A stretch of 64,000 bases of DNA from an uncultured cyanobacterium (GTDB taxonomy: Bacteria; Cyanobacteriota; Cyanobacteriia; Cyanobacteriales; CAWCAG01), in NCBI GenBank assembly GCA_963793425.1, contig CAWCAG010000007.1, positions 64,001 through 128,000 of the forward strand, in the 5' to 3' direction. How positions within the stretch are numbered: position 1 is the first letter of the stretch; every line of letters starts with the position of its first letter. Shown here one piece after another: positions 62,224 to 64,000 of the stretch. Position numbers and translations under genes: made by a program. Below the pieces are notes generated by a model. It ran no database searches. It saw only the letters and a list, made by a program, of their open reading frames with translations, and was not told where the DNA came from.

Positions 62224-63243
62224 GTGACCAACATAAGTAATTCTTCCGACTACTCTACTCAACCTCCTTTAAAAATAGGACTGGTTGGAACCGGCTATGC
62301 GGCAAATCGCCGTGCCGAAGCATTTCAAGCAGAATCACGATCACAGTTAGTAGCAGCTACTGGCCATACCATTGAACAAACCCAAACTTTTGCCCAAAAC
62401 TATGGTATAGAGGGTATAGACTCTTGGCAAGAGTTGGTACAAGCCCCGCAAATAGATTTAGTTGTTGTTTGCACCGTCAACCGAGATCATAGTCCTGTGA
62501 TCCAGGCAGCATTAGAAGCAGGAAAGCACGTCGTTACAGAATATCCCCTTGCCCTAGATCCCGCTGAAGCACATAAGTTAATCACTCTTGCCCAAAGCAA
62601 AAACAAACTCCTCCACGTCGAACACATCGAACTATTAGGAAGTTTGCATCAAACCATGGGGCAATACCTCTCGGAAATTGGGGAAGTATTTTATGCCCGC
62701 TACAAAACCATTAATCCCCAAAGACCCATTTTTAATCGTTGGTCTTACAATCACGAATTGTTTGGTTTTCCCCTGAGTGCCGCACTTTCCCGTCTCCACC
62801 GCTTCACAGATTTGTTTGGTGAAGTTCACTCCGTTAGTGGACAAGCCCGTTATTGGGATAGTTCTGAGCCAGGTTATTATAAGGCTTGTTTGTGTAATGC
62901 TCACCTACAATTCAAAAATGGCATCATCGGAGAAGTTGTTTATGGTAAAGGAGAAACTTTTTGGCACGGCGGCAGAACTTTTGAAATCTATGGCGACAGG
63001 GGAACTTTGATCTTTGAAGTTGCTAAAGGTACTTTAATCAAAGGAGAACAAAAAACCCCCATTGAATTAGGTTCCCGTCGGGGTTTGTTTGCTAAAGATA
63101 CAAAAATGGTTTTAGATCATTTGTATGATCACACTCCTTTATACGTCACACCCCAAGCAAGTTACTATGCCCTCAAGGTTGCTGATGCAGTACGTCAATC
63201 AGCAGAGACAGGAATGACTCAGGAAGTTAAGGGTTATCAATAA
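62224..63243 (+). CDS. bvdR: Biliverdin reductase (Gfo/Idh/MocA family)
   Basis: GLVGTGYAA, GKHVVTEYPLAL, LHVEHIELLG, FGFPLSAALSR, YGKGE and GSRRGLF match cyanobacterial BvdR as recalled. GTG at 62224 likely start. Confidence 0.85.
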   Translation: MTNISNSSDYSTQPPLKIGLVGTGYAANRRAEAFQAESRSQLVAATGHTIEQTQTFAQNYGIEGIDSWQELVQAPQIDLVVVCTVNRDHSPVIQAALEAGKHVVTEYPLALDPAEAHKLITLAQSKNKLLHVEHIELLGSLHQTMGQYLSEIGEVFYARYKTINPQRPIFNRWSYNHELFGFPLSAALSRLHRFTDLFGEVHSVSGQARYWDSSEPGYYKACLCNAHLQFKNGIIGEVVYGKGETFWHGGRTFEIYGDRGTLIFEVAKGTLIKGEQKTPIELGSRRGLFAKDTKMVLDHLYDHTPLYVTPQASYYALKVADAVRQSAETGMTQEVKGYQ

Positions 63244-63315
63244 ATTAAGGAAGTTACTAATCCCTCGTAACTTCAAAATTTTACCTTGAATTAACCTTTG
63301 ATTAAACTTGGTTAA

Positions 63316-63603
63316 TTAAACATCCTCAACCTTGACCCCTCGCCAAAAAGCCACATAACCTTCAATGTTTTTAGCTTTTTCCTTAGTTTGAGGATAGTAC
63401 CAAGCGGCATCCTGATTTTTTTCTCCTTCCACCACAATAGTGTAATAACTAGCAACTCCCTTCCAAGGACAAGTGGTTTGAGTATTGCTATCTTGAAAAT
63501 ATTCTTGATTAATTGAGTCAGCCGGAAAATAGTAATTACCTTCAACCCTTTCACAGCGATCGCTTTCTGCCAAAACAGCCCCATTCCAAATTGCTTTTGC
63601 CAT
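63316..63603 (-). CDS. DUF427 domain protein
   Basis: VEGNYYFP, TCPWKGVASYY, AAWYY and VAFW. Confidence 0.9.
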   Translation of the reverse strand: MAKAIWNGAVLAESDRCERVEGNYYFPADSINQEYFQDSNTQTTCPWKGVASYYTIVVEGEKNQDAAWYYPQTKEKAKNIEGYVAFWRGVKVEDV

Positions 63604-63785
63604 TGGTATTTGAATTAACTAAATAAATTTACCAATTACCATTATCCGACAAGATAGTAATTTGATTCCTGCTAATATACCTAATGTGAGCTAAACTTTT
63701 AACCTGAATAACCAATTTTAGTTACTTTCACTCTTCACAAATCACCCGATCTCTATTCCTCTACCTAGAAAATATCTGCTTAAAA

Positions 63786-64000
63786 ATGACAAATTGGTTT
63801 TGGCGATCGCTCCCTTTAGAAAGTCATACTGGTTCAGAAGTTTTTGCTAAACTTTTTCTTAACCAAAATCCAATAGCAACACTTTTAGAAAGTCCTGATC
63901 CTGCACCCCAACCTCAATTATCACGCTACTCTATTTGTGCTGGCTCTCCTCGTTTAGATAACCAAGGTAGACCTCAACTTTGGACTCCTAGGGTAGGAAA
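63786..64000 (+). CDS. pabB: Aminodeoxychorismate/anthranilate synthase component I-like protein (PabB type), 3'-truncated by the window edge
   Basis: Manual translation: MTNWFWRSLPLESHTGSEVFAKLF...IATLLESP...LSRYSICAGSPR...LWTP. Not in the ORF track. Confidence 0.65.
   Translation, partial: MTNWFWRSLPLESHTGSEVFAKLFLNQNPIATLLESPDPAPQPQLSRYSICAGSPRLDNQGRPQLWTPRVG

Larger units (their letters stand above)
2649..63810. repeat. HIP1 octamer GCGATCGC dispersed through the window
   Basis: Many copies, e.g. 2649, 4784, 5476, 5611 and 63803. Cyanobacterial hallmark. Confidence 0.95.

Noticed and set aside
6779..63584. Short antisense or overlapping ORFs in the track (e.g. 6779, 7929, 9162, 10283, 22681, 23915, 24735, 27918, 34556, 39640, 47632, 57017, 62635, 63312)
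   Set aside because: They are shadows of well-supported genes and show no recognisable motifs.
1..64000. tRNA or rRNA genes, prophage, autonomous IS
   Set aside because: No cloverleaf or rRNA signature, integrase, transposase or phage structural ORF was recognised.

Overview
Cyanobacterial chromosomal window, shown by abundant HIP1 GCGATCGC octamers, psaA/psaB/psaD, rpaB, biliverdin reductase and heptamer STRR repeats. The gpgS/gpgP glucosylglycerate genes suggest a marine or halotolerant strain. Most genes are housekeeping (desC, rluD, argB, clpS, xth, radA, msrP, trpE, rlpA, pepP, dxs, rnc, pabB-like). Signalling genes include a CheB-CheR-PAS hybrid kinase with a REC-kinase partner, a DICT-GAF kinase and a multi-PAS protein with no output domain. 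Small accessory patches carry two Uma2 genes, two toxin-antitoxin loci and MITE/REP-like repeats. Four conserved genes have single-base frameshifts, all at or beside a GGCC site, so they are probably sequencing artefacts. The most interesting signals are: (1) an unannotated NsiR1-like small RNA with a complete DIF1-type promoter (TCCGGA-N18-GAACA), plus a PatN-like gene; (2) a BrnT toxin whose partner is a BrnA-type N-terminal peptide fused to an Abi-alpha-like domain; (3) a tandem-domain RNase III pseudo-dimer; (4) a porin-type SLH anchor fused to one of two tandem vWA proteins; (5) further candidate structured RNAs. All family assignments come from motif recognition by eye; no database searches were run.
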